From assembly GCA_026004495.1 (NCBI GenBank), contig BPJG01000001.1, positions 208,750-272,749 of the forward strand: a stretch of DNA of 64,000 bases, read 5' to 3'. Position numbers and translations under genes: made by a program. The stretch's first letter is position 1. The number at the start of each line of letters is the position of its first letter. The stretch comes from Candidatus Parcubacteria bacterium (GTDB taxonomy: Bacteria > Patescibacteriota > Minisyncoccia > UBA6257 > HR35). The notes under the pieces are model-generated. The model ran no database searches, had not been told where the DNA came from, and worked only from the letters and a program-made list of their open reading frames with translations. Positions 1 to 9,093 of the stretch are shown piece by piece.

Positions 1-141
1 CTAAATTGCCAAAATATTGATGTGAAATTTCAAATCTACCAATACCGCCTAAATAATTAATACAATTATTATCAGCATTAACAAAAGAAAGGTTTGGATG
101 AACAATAATTAGAAAAAATAAAATTAAAAAATATCTCATGG

Positions 142-564
142 TTATTCAATTTTTATCCCCATGCTTTTAGCCGTACCCTCAATTATTTTAATAGCTTGAT
201 CTAAATTATCAGTATTTAAATCAGGTAATTTTTCTTCAGCTATCTTTCTAACATCATCTGAGGTTAATCTACCTATAGTTTTTTTCCCTGGCAGCGAACT
301 TCCCTTTTCAATTTTTAGATATTTTTTGATTAAAGAGCTAACTGGAGGTTTTTTAAAAATTAATTCGAAAGATCTATCTTCATAAATTTTAATAATTACA
401 GGTATTTGCATTCCCCTAAAATCTTTTGTCATTTCATTAAACTTAGAACAAAATTCACCAATATTAATACCATGAGGAGCTAATGAGGGCCCAATAGGAG
501 GCGCTGGGGTTGCTTCACCTGCATTAATAATTAATTTAACCTCTGATTTTAATTTTTTAGCCAT
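142..564 (-). CDS. rplK: 50S ribosomal protein L11
   Basis: 140 aa; conserved L11 N-terminus (AGEATPAPPIGP...) and length; start-stop coupled with nusG upstream. Confidence 0.92.
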   Translation of the reverse strand: MAKKLKSEVKLIINAGEATPAPPIGPSLAPHGINIGEFCSKFNEMTKDFRGMQIPVIIKIYEDRSFELIFKKPPVSSLIKKYLKIEKGSSLPGKKTIGRLTSDDVRKIAEEKLPDLNTDNLDQAIKIIEGTAKSMGIKIE

Positions 565-1113
565 TTAAGAAATTTTTTTAACTTGTAAAATATCGACCTC
601 AACAGGTGTTTCTCGATTAAAAATAGAAACAATAATTTTTAATTTACCTTTCTCTTTATCTATATCTGCTACCTTGCCTTGCATACCCTTGAAAACTCCT
701 TGAGTTATTTGAACAAGATCATTAATATTAATATTCGTTTCATAAGTTAATTCTTCCTTATTAATTTTCTTTAATAATTCTTCAATTTCTTCTTTATTAA
801 CAGGAACTGGAGTTGTGCCAGTACCAATAAATCCTAAAACTTTTGGAGTATTTCTTACTAAATACCAAGAGTCATCAGTTACAATCATATCAATAAAAAC
901 ATAACCTGGATAAATTTTCTTTTCAATTAATTCTCTTTTGCCACCTCTAATCTCCCATATCTTTTCTTTAGGCACTAAAACATTAAAAATTTTATCTTTC
1001 ATATCAAAAGCTTCTGTTCGTTTCATAATAGATTCAGCAACTATATCTTCAAATCCTATAACTGTATGGATAGCATACCAAGATCTACCTAAAAATAATT
1101 TTTGCTTTGGCAT
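565..1113 (-). CDS. nusG: Transcription termination/antitermination factor NusG
   Basis: 182 aa; NGN domain plus C-terminal KOW motif (GxVxI, KGKxxV); classic nusG-rplK adjacency. Confidence 0.88.
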   Translation of the reverse strand: MPKQKLFLGRSWYAIHTVIGFEDIVAESIMKRTEAFDMKDKIFNVLVPKEKIWEIRGGKRELIEKKIYPGYVFIDMIVTDDSWYLVRNTPKVLGFIGTGTTPVPVNKEEIEELLKKINKEELTYETNININDLVQITQGVFKGMQGKVADIDKEKGKLKIIVSIFNRETPVEVDILQVKKIS

Positions 1114-1224
1114 TGTTTTACCAATTAAATTATAAATAAATATAAATTTAAATAAAAAATAATTTATTTAAAAATTATAAAATAAAAATTATTTTTAGGC
1201 AATAATTTGATTTTAAATAAAACC

Positions 1225-3660
1225 TTAAGCAAAACTAGAAATATATTTATAACGAGCCTCTATTTCTTTTTCTATTTCTTCCTTGGATTTTCCATATTTT
1301 AACAATGAATATTCAATCATTTTTCGAGTTAGTTCAAAATTAGGTGATGATGGTTTAATTGTTTTTATGCTAAAAGCATCAGAAACATAACCATCTATTA
1401 ATAATTTAATATAAAGATGGTAATTAGGAATATTTACAAGGTCAATTTTAGAAAAAATTGGATAAAATTGTTTTTCTAAAAATTCAGCATCTTCACTACC
1501 AACCCTAAAGACAGTAATTGTACCAACATTACCAAATACAGCCGATGATATTTCTTCTGGTAATTGTTTGATATATTGATGAGCTAAAGTTAAAGATAGC
1601 CTATATTTTCGAGCTTCAGATAAAATAGAGGCTATACCCTTAAAGGCAAAATTTTGAAACTCATCAAGAAAAAGGTAAAAATCTTTTCTTTGTTCTTCGG
1701 GTAAATCAACCCTTGAAAAAGCAGCTGATAAAATTTTAGCTACTAAAATCATACCTAAAAGATAAGCACTGGTATCGCCAATTTTACCCTTCGAAAGATT
1801 AACTATCAAAATTTTTCTATTATCCATAAGATCACGAAAGTTAATTACTGACTTAGATTGAGCAATTATAGGTCTTACAAAATCATTAGTTATAAAAGGA
1901 TTTAACTTAGAGGTTATCCAAGTAATCATATTTTCTAAAGATAATTCACCACCGACAACTACAGCTTGCTTAGTCCAAAATTCAACTACAGGATAATTAG
2001 TACATTTAAGCAAAAGTTCACGTCTAAATTTTTCATCAACAAAAACTCTAGAAACTTCCATTAAGGTAAAACCCCAATCAGGGTTATCCATTATCAATAA
2101 AAGTGCGTTTCTTAAATATTGTTCAAACATTGGACCACCAGTTAAACTTAAGTTATATAACTTATCGATAATTTCAATTAAAGTATTAATGATAAAGGTT
2201 TTTTGCTCAGGAAAATTTTTATCATACTCTAAAATATTTAAACCTAAAGGACGAGAGATATCTCCAGGACTAAAATAAATTACATCATCTATTCTTTCTT
2301 TAGGTATTAAACCCATAATTTCTTGAGCAACATCACCATGAGGATCAATAAAGCAAATACCATCACCATTTTTTATATCTTGTTCAGCAATATTTTTTAA
2401 AAGAGTAGTTTTACCTGTTCCTGTTTGCCCAATCAGATAAATATGCCTTCGACGATCATTCTTTTTGATTCTTACTAACGCTCTAGCACCTTGGTAAATA
2501 CTTTCTCCTAAAATTGTTCCCTCAGAGGGTAAATTTGGTGGTGGGGGTGCGGTTCGAGCCAAAAGCCAATGGATAATAGGCGATTTGGTATAAGAGGTTG
2601 GCAAATGAATAATTGAGGCAATTTCTTCTGAATTTAAAATAATTTTTTGACTTCTATTAAAAATTCGAAACGAAAATTCATAAATAAATCTTAACATCTT
2701 TCCTCTTTTTACACGATGAATAATAAATTCATTTAATTGAGGATTTATATACTGATGAAAGGCTGATTCAGCTGTTGTTAATAATTCTTCAGCATCAAAA
2801 ATTGTATTCGAAGAAACACATAGTCTAATATTTACATCAAAAAATGGTTTCGTCATTTTATTTTCTAATTTTTTAATTAAATAATCATCAATAGGTTTTT
2901 GTCTTTCTTCTATTTCTTTTTTTTCTTTAGCCTCTTTCGAAGAAAATATATCGTGCAAAGAACTAAAGGGATTCTCCTTAAAATCTTTACCTTGTTTTAA
3001 TTTATCAATAATTTTTTTTATTTTCTTTGAATATTTAGTTCCTTTAGGGTAAATAATTACTTGATAAGACATACCCTCACCAACTTTTTTAAGTTTATTA
3101 AAAGAAGCCAAAAAACTATCTAGGGGATCATTAGTTCCTTGAGCAATTTCTTGATATGTTTTTATTGGCTTAAAATTATTATCCTTTAAATTAATATAAG
3201 AACCTAATGTTATTCCTTGAGGATTAAAAATATTATAATCTTCTTCTACCAATCTTGCTTCAGAACCAGGCCAAAAAGCTTTAATTGCCTTCTGAATAGG
3301 ATCAAAATACTTTTTAGGAATAGATATATAAAAAAATATTTCTTCGCCGTAGTGTGGCGTGGCAATTTCAAAAACAATAGGATATTTAAGCCTTGATAGG
3401 GTATTAAGGAAATTTTCAAAATTATTTATTTCATCAATTAATCTTGAAGTATGAGATTCAGTTTTAGGCAAGTAATGATATTTAGGTAGTTCAATTAAAA
3501 TCAGAGAGTAATTTAATGATAGCCTTACTCTTTTTAATTCTGAAAATTTTTTAAGATAAAGGACCGTTAAATAAATCACAAATAAACCAAGAATACCAAC
3601 AATTATAGCTGAAAAATAAACCACCGATAAAGAAAAGCTATAATTTTCTAAAAAACTCAT
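1225..3660 (-). CDS. Membrane-anchored P-loop ATPase, type IV coupling protein-like (VirD4/TraD/TraG family)
   Basis: 811 aa. N-terminal TM helix. Walker A 'LIGQTGTGKTT' followed by 'IDPHGD'. Walker B 'LFLDEFQNF' (DEFxN is characteristic of T4CPs). Family assignment from motif recall only. Confidence 0.5.
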   Translation of the reverse strand: MSFLENYSFSLSVVYFSAIIVGILGLFVIYLTVLYLKKFSELKRVRLSLNYSLILIELPKYHYLPKTESHTSRLIDEINNFENFLNTLSRLKYPIVFEIATPHYGEEIFFYISIPKKYFDPIQKAIKAFWPGSEARLVEEDYNIFNPQGITLGSYINLKDNNFKPIKTYQEIAQGTNDPLDSFLASFNKLKKVGEGMSYQVIIYPKGTKYSKKIKKIIDKLKQGKDFKENPFSSLHDIFSSKEAKEKKEIEERQKPIDDYLIKKLENKMTKPFFDVNIRLCVSSNTIFDAEELLTTAESAFHQYINPQLNEFIIHRVKRGKMLRFIYEFSFRIFNRSQKIILNSEEIASIIHLPTSYTKSPIIHWLLARTAPPPPNLPSEGTILGESIYQGARALVRIKKNDRRRHIYLIGQTGTGKTTLLKNIAEQDIKNGDGICFIDPHGDVAQEIMGLIPKERIDDVIYFSPGDISRPLGLNILEYDKNFPEQKTFIINTLIEIIDKLYNLSLTGGPMFEQYLRNALLLIMDNPDWGFTLMEVSRVFVDEKFRRELLLKCTNYPVVEFWTKQAVVVGGELSLENMITWITSKLNPFITNDFVRPIIAQSKSVINFRDLMDNRKILIVNLSKGKIGDTSAYLLGMILVAKILSAAFSRVDLPEEQRKDFYLFLDEFQNFAFKGIASILSEARKYRLSLTLAHQYIKQLPEEISSAVFGNVGTITVFRVGSEDAEFLEKQFYPIFSKIDLVNIPNYHLYIKLLIDGYVSDAFSIKTIKPSSPNFELTRKMIEYSLLKYGKSKEEIEKEIEARYKYISSFA

Positions 3661-3669
3661 TTTGCTATT

Positions 3670-4050
3670 TTATATTATTTTTATTTTATTTTTTTTAACT
3701 AAAAATTTAAAGAAATGTCCTGCAAGTAAATCATGAAAGGTATCTATTAAATAAGGATTTTTTGTAGCAGCAATATACTGTAAACCATCAAAAATTCCTT
3801 TTTCTAAGACCAATTTTAATCCTGTTGATAAAACATTAGAAATTTCTTCAACTGACTGATGATGAATTTCTGCTTCTTTTTTAATTTCAGGCAATTCCTC
3901 AATTTCTTGATGGAGTTGTTTAATAAATTCCTTAAGTGAAGAATGAGCTTCCTCCTTTGTTAAATATTTCTTTTCTCTTAATTCTGATAATTTATGATGC
4001 TCTTCGAAATGTTTTAAAAATTCCTGTTCGCCTAAAAATTTCTCAACCAT
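3670..4050 (-). CDS. Hypothetical protein (charged, helical)
   Basis: 126 aa ORF in operon orientation between the T4CP-like gene and trmD; no recognisable motif. Confidence 0.45.
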   Translation of the reverse strand: MVEKFLGEQEFLKHFEEHHKLSELREKKYLTKEEAHSSLKEFIKQLHQEIEELPEIKKEAEIHHQSVEEISNVLSTGLKLVLEKGIFDGLQYIAATKNPYLIDTFHDLLAGHFFKFLVKKNKIKII

Positions 4051-4086
4051 TAAAAAATTATAAAGCCAGTTATAAAAATTTGTATT

Positions 4087-4752
4087 CTAAAATATTTTTT
4101 TGGCTTTTTTCATTCTCCAATTATTGATTTCTTTATGATTTCCAGAAAGAAGAATTTTAGGAACTTTTAATATTTTACCTTCTTTAGTTTTAAATATAGC
4201 CGGTCGAGTATAAACTGGCATACTATATAAACCAGGCAATCTTTTATCTTCTAAAGATAATGGATTTTTCAAAAAACCAGGTATATATCTTGAAATAGCA
4301 TCTACGATTATCATTGCTGGCAATTCTCCCCCTGTTAATATATAAGGACCAATATTAATAGACAAATCAACAATTTCTTTAACTCTTTCATCAACCCCTT
4401 CGTAATGACCACAAATTATTATGAAATGTTTATAGAAAATTAGTTTTTTAATTAGAGTATAGTTAAATTTTTTTCCTCTTAAATCTGTTAAGATAATTAT
4501 TTTAGGTTTAAGTTTTGATTTTTTTTTAAGAGATTCAATGGCTTTATATATAGGTTCAATTTTCAAAACCATTCCTGGACCTCCACCATAAGGATAGTCA
4601 TCTGTAATTTTAAATTTATTGTCGACAAAATCTCTCAAATTTACCAAATTTATTTTTATAATTCTATTTTTCTGAGCTTTTTTAAATAGAGAGGAATTAA
4701 AATAAGAAAATGCTTCAGGAAATAAAGTAATAATGTCAAATCTTACCATCAA
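4087..4752 (-). CDS. trmD: tRNA (guanine37-N1)-methyltransferase
   Basis: Motifs DIITLFPE, YPYGGGPGMV, CGHYEGVDERV and GGELPA typical of TrmD (SPOUT). Confidence 0.9.
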   Translation of the reverse strand: MMVRFDIITLFPEAFSYFNSSLFKKAQKNRIIKINLVNLRDFVDNKFKITDDYPYGGGPGMVLKIEPIYKAIESLKKKSKLKPKIIILTDLRGKKFNYTLIKKLIFYKHFIIICGHYEGVDERVKEIVDLSINIGPYILTGGELPAMIIVDAISRYIPGFLKNPLSLEDKRLPGLYSMPVYTRPAIFKTKEGKILKVPKILLSGNHKEINNWRMKKAKKIF

Positions 4753-4764
4753 AATTTATGGCTT

Positions 4765-5070
4765 TTAATTTTTTAGTTCTTCAATAATTTGATCACTTTT
4801 TGTTTTTAATTGCTCAATTTTATCTGGTTCTTCTAATTTTATATTTAATCGAGCATGATTTTTTAAGCCTATGGCTTTCATTATTGTTTTAATGGCTTTT
4901 ATCATTTCTCCCCTACGACCAATAATTAGACCCATATCTTGAGGATGAGTTTTGATTTTTAAAAGAACACCTAGTTCATCGAGATGGCGAGTTATTTTAA
5001 CATAATCTGGGTTATTGACCAATGATTTTATTATAAACTCTAAAACAGTAATGTATTGTTGCTTATCCAT
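4765..5070 (-). CDS. KH-domain RNA-binding protein (YlqC/UPF0109 family)
   Basis: 101 aa; KH GxxG motif (IGRRGEMIKAIK); adjacent to trmD as in the rpsP-KH-rimM-trmD cluster. Confidence 0.7.
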   Translation of the reverse strand: MDKQQYITVLEFIIKSLVNNPDYVKITRHLDELGVLLKIKTHPQDMGLIIGRRGEMIKAIKTIMKAIGLKNHARLNIKLEEPDKIEQLKTKSDQIIEELKN

Positions 5071-5115
5071 TTCTCTCTCTTTCTAATATTTAATATCGAC
5101 ACTATATTTTCTTTT

Positions 5116-6618
5116 TTATTTTATTTTAACATTTATCTTAGAAATATCAAGAGGTAATTTATTTAACCAAGGAGGGAAAATTAATAATTCAGCTTTTTCG
5201 ATTGAACTATATTTATCAAGATAATTTTTAACACCCTTAACATCTTGACCGGCAATTTCAGCAGTTAATTTTTTAACATCTATATCTCCCTTAACCTCAA
5301 CTTCGCCACTCAAGGAAACTGTCATTTCTTTATTTTTTAAGAAATTAAAATTATCATTTATAGTAACTGAATTAATTTTCAAATTAACAATTTTAAAATT
5401 TATATCCTGCCTTAAATTTTGTTTTGAAATAATATCTTTTAAATACTCTTTAAGGTCATTCTCTTTAATCCCAATAGTTTTTAAAGTGCCAATTCCTGTA
5501 AAAATAATTTCATCAGCTTGTTGTCCTACATTATGCGAAACATTAACAATTTTAAAATCAAAAATACCTAAATCTTCAGGAAAAATATAATTAGAATACT
5601 TTATCTTTAGCTCTTGTTTGAGTATTTCACTAATTTGTTTTTCTAAATTTAGCTTACCATCGGTTATATCATCTAAAGAAACAATACGAACGCTTCCTTC
5701 TCCACCGGTAATTGGTTCTAATATCTTAACTTCAATTTTATTTTCCCAACTACTACCCTTAAGCCCAGGAATAGTAAAAGTAGTATTTAAATCTGTTAAA
5801 TAATATTTAGGATCATTTTTTTCAGCAAATATAGTTACTTCTTGATTTCCGCCTTTTTCTAAATTTACTCTTTCTAAGGTACGATAAATATTTCCTTCAC
5901 CTGTTTGAATTCTTGTACCCGGAACTAAAGAAATAGAATTTTCTAAATCTTTATTAATAAATTTGACTTTTCCTCGCAAAGAATTGCTGCCTGATTTTAA
6001 TCCTGAAGCTTTTTGTCTAATAGAATGATTCTTTATTATTTCAATATATTCAGCTGGAAATATTAAATTTTCCAAATCTGGCTTAACAACATTAGCGGAT
6101 AAAGTTATTGTTTCTTCTATAGGTTGTTTTTCTGTTTTAAGAATTATATTTAAATTAAAATAGGCTAAATATTTTACCAAAATAAAATAACCACCCAAAA
6201 TTATTAAAATTATAAAAATTCCCACTAGAGTTAAATTTTTATTATTTTTTTTATTTTTATTAACAGCTTGATCATAATTTTTTATGTTTTTAACAACAGG
6301 CTTAGATTTCTGCGGTGGTAAAATATCAGTAACAATTTTAGTTGCTTCATCGGGCCCGTAATCACTTAAAAATATATCTAAGCCATTAGCCCTAGCTAAA
6401 GAATTTATTCTTTCATCATCGCTATCAATATAAATTTTTTTTCGCAATTTATTTATTTCACTCCTCAATATAGAGATATTAGTAGAGTTTAAAAAACATT
6501 TAGTATTTCGGGGCACAACAATAATAATTTCTTTAGCCTGAATTTCTTTAAGAGCATCAATAACTTCACCCAATTCTTCTGTACCCTTTAAATAGATATA
6601 ATCTCTTTCCTCTGTCAT
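5116..6618 (-). CDS. Hypothetical membrane protein
   Basis: 500 aa; cytoplasmic N-domain, one TM segment (~aa 135-160), large extracytoplasmic region; no motif recognised. Confidence 0.5.
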   Translation of the reverse strand: MTEERDYIYLKGTEELGEVIDALKEIQAKEIIIVVPRNTKCFLNSTNISILRSEINKLRKKIYIDSDDERINSLARANGLDIFLSDYGPDEATKIVTDILPPQKSKPVVKNIKNYDQAVNKNKKNNKNLTLVGIFIILIILGGYFILVKYLAYFNLNIILKTEKQPIEETITLSANVVKPDLENLIFPAEYIEIIKNHSIRQKASGLKSGSNSLRGKVKFINKDLENSISLVPGTRIQTGEGNIYRTLERVNLEKGGNQEVTIFAEKNDPKYYLTDLNTTFTIPGLKGSSWENKIEVKILEPITGGEGSVRIVSLDDITDGKLNLEKQISEILKQELKIKYSNYIFPEDLGIFDFKIVNVSHNVGQQADEIIFTGIGTLKTIGIKENDLKEYLKDIISKQNLRQDINFKIVNLKINSVTINDNFNFLKNKEMTVSLSGEVEVKGDIDVKKLTAEIAGQDVKGVKNYLDKYSSIEKAELLIFPPWLNKLPLDISKINVKIK

Positions 6619-7892
6619 TATAATCCCCTAGAAACTTGTTGATGTTTTTTAAATAATTCTTCAAAAAATAATATGTCTTTTTCGGTTAAAAATATATTTC
6701 TTTCTCTTAAAATTTCTAAAGAAATATCTAACGGCAGACCATAAGAAGTATACATCATAAATAATTTTTCAACTAATTCTTTATTATCGTTATATTTAAC
6801 AATCTTATCAAATTTATCTAATCCTCTTATAAGTGTTTTTTCAAATCCTTTAAATTCAGTAAAGATTACATTAATAATTTTATCATAATTATTAAGATTT
6901 TCATATAAGGAAGAAAATTTATTTTTAATATCTAAAACAAAGCTTTCTATATAGTTAATTAAATTATTTTTTATTAATTTTAGCATTAATCTTCTTAATA
7001 TTCTTCTAAGTATATAACCTCTATCTAAATTACTGGGATAAATACCATCAGCGATTAAAAATACGCTACCTCTTAAATGATCAAGAATAATTCTTAAATC
7101 TCGAATAGAAATATCTGGTTTTTTAGAGATAATATCTGATCTTAGGGGTTCAAAAAGATCGGTTTCAAAAATAGTTTCTGTATTTTGGACAATTTTCATT
7201 AATCTTTCAAATCCCATTCCGGTATCAACTCCTGGCAATTCTAATTTATTTAATTTACCTTCTTGATTTTGATAATATTCATTGAATACCAAATTCCAAA
7301 CCTCAAGATTATTAATATAAATTTCAGTTGTTGGTCCACAGGGTCCTTCTTTACCAGTGGGCCCCCAAAAATTATCTTCACGCCCAAATGCTTTAATATT
7401 TTTATCATCAAAGCCTATCTTTTTCCAAATTTGATAAGAAGTATCATCATAGGGAATTTTATTTTCGCCCTTAAAAATTGTTACATAATCTATTCTTAGC
7501 CCTAATTCTTTATTTAAAAATTCATAGGCCCAAAAAATTGCTGAATTCTTAAAATAACCTGAAAAAGAATAATCACTTGGATCATCGCTACCGAGAGGTC
7601 CAAAAGAAAAATTGCCTAACATTTCAAAAAAAGTTAAATGTCTTTCATCACCAATTTCATCAATATCCGTAGTTCGAAAACATTTTTGAATGCTAATTAA
7701 TCTTCGAGTGCCAAAATCATTAAGGGCATCTTTCTTGCCAATAAAATAATCCTTAAATTGTTGCATTCCAGCAGTAGTTAAAAGAACTGAGGAATCATTT
7801 TCAGGAATTAAAGATGACGAAGGAACCCACCTATGTCCCCTATTTTGAAAAAAATTAATGAATATTTTTCTAATTTCTTCTGAATTTATCAT
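6618..7892 (-). CDS. alaS: Alanyl-tRNA synthetase, aminoacylation plus tRNA-recognition domains only
   Basis: 424 aa. Collinear with E. coli AlaRS residues ~1-455 (TTAGMQQFK, FFEMLGNFSFG, GPCGPTTEIY, VDTGMGFERL, RGYILRRILRR). Ends where the editing domain would begin; no editing/C-Ala coding downstream. Confidence 0.85.
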   Translation of the reverse strand: MINSEEIRKIFINFFQNRGHRWVPSSSLIPENDSSVLLTTAGMQQFKDYFIGKKDALNDFGTRRLISIQKCFRTTDIDEIGDERHLTFFEMLGNFSFGPLGSDDPSDYSFSGYFKNSAIFWAYEFLNKELGLRIDYVTIFKGENKIPYDDTSYQIWKKIGFDDKNIKAFGREDNFWGPTGKEGPCGPTTEIYINNLEVWNLVFNEYYQNQEGKLNKLELPGVDTGMGFERLMKIVQNTETIFETDLFEPLRSDIISKKPDISIRDLRIILDHLRGSVFLIADGIYPSNLDRGYILRRILRRLMLKLIKNNLINYIESFVLDIKNKFSSLYENLNNYDKIINVIFTEFKGFEKTLIRGLDKFDKIVKYNDNKELVEKLFMMYTSYGLPLDISLEILRERNIFLTEKDILFFEELFKKHQQVSRGL

Positions 7893-7899
7893 TATCTAT

Positions 7900-8988
7900 T
7901 TAAAAAAATTTATTTTTTATTATTCCCCCACCTAATAAAATAATGTGATTTTTTAATGAATTATCAACCTGATCGCCATTAATATAAAAAACTGAACTTT
8001 GACCCAGGGCTATACCTTTTATTTTTTTGCTAAAAATAACACTCTTATCTTCTAAATTTAAAATTCCTGAAACAAGTGGTTGACGGTAACGACAACGAAC
8101 AAAAATATTAATTTTATTATTTTTACATATTTTTGAAATAATTTTTTCCCCAATCAATAAGTTTAATGATTTAAGCCTTATTCTGGATGTGAAAAGTATT
8201 TCTTCATTTTCTTTAGCTACTATCAATTTATTATTTTTAATATCCTTTAAGGCAACATAATAAGGACCACCACCTGTTTTAATATCTAATCCATGCCTTT
8301 GCCCCTCAGTAAAGAAATAATAACCCGAATGATAACCTAAGATATTATTCTGACTATCTACTATTGTACCTGAATATATCGGCAAATATTCTTCAAGAAA
8401 ATTTCTTAGTCTTATCTTTCCCAAAAAACATATTCCCTGGCTATCTTTTTTACAAGCATTAGACAAATTATTTTCTATTGCTAGTTGTCTAACTTCTGAT
8501 TTTAAATAATCTCCTAGCGGGAAAATAATATTTTTTAGATAATTTTTATTTATTTGCCACAAAAAATAGGTTTGATCCTTATTGGTATCTTTAGGAATGG
8601 CAATGAAATAATTATTTTCTAATTTAATAATCTTAGCATAATGACCACTGGCAATAAATTTAATATTAATTCTTCTTAAAAAATCTAATACATAACCAAA
8701 TTTTATTTGGCTATTACAAAGAACATCAGGATTAGGAGTAAAACCTCGACTATATTCTTTAATCATCTCTAAGGCAATTGTTTTTTGATAATCTTCACTA
8801 ATATCCAAAGTATAAATTGGAAAATCTAATTTTTCAGCTACCAAACGAGCATCTAATTCATCTTGAGGGTTACAAAACTTAGATATTTTTAAATGAATAC
8901 CAATCACCTCATAGTTTAGACCCTTTAATAGTAAAGCAGAAACTGAGGAATCTACTCCACCTGACATTAAGATGGCAATTTTTTTCAT
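7900..8988 (-). CDS. mnmA: tRNA-specific 2-thiouridylase
   Basis: PP-loop SGGVDSSV; TPNPDVLCNSQIKF motif; 362 aa. Confidence 0.88.
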   Translation of the reverse strand: MKKIAILMSGGVDSSVSALLLKGLNYEVIGIHLKISKFCNPQDELDARLVAEKLDFPIYTLDISEDYQKTIALEMIKEYSRGFTPNPDVLCNSQIKFGYVLDFLRRINIKFIASGHYAKIIKLENNYFIAIPKDTNKDQTYFLWQINKNYLKNIIFPLGDYLKSEVRQLAIENNLSNACKKDSQGICFLGKIRLRNFLEEYLPIYSGTIVDSQNNILGYHSGYYFFTEGQRHGLDIKTGGGPYYVALKDIKNNKLIVAKENEEILFTSRIRLKSLNLLIGEKIISKICKNNKINIFVRCRYRQPLVSGILNLEDKSVIFSKKIKGIALGQSSVFYINGDQVDNSLKNHIILLGGGIIKNKFF

Positions 8989-9093
8989 TTTATCTATTAT
9001 TTAATATTAATATTCTTTTAAGGTTAAAATTTTAATTAAATAATTATAATTAAAAATTGAACAATTTTAAAGTTGTTTAATAACTAAACAAAA

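Noticed and set aside
1-141. Open frame on the minus strand running off the window start, considered as rplA
   Set aside because: No start codon and no similarity to the L1 N-terminus; cannot be assigned from 141 nt.
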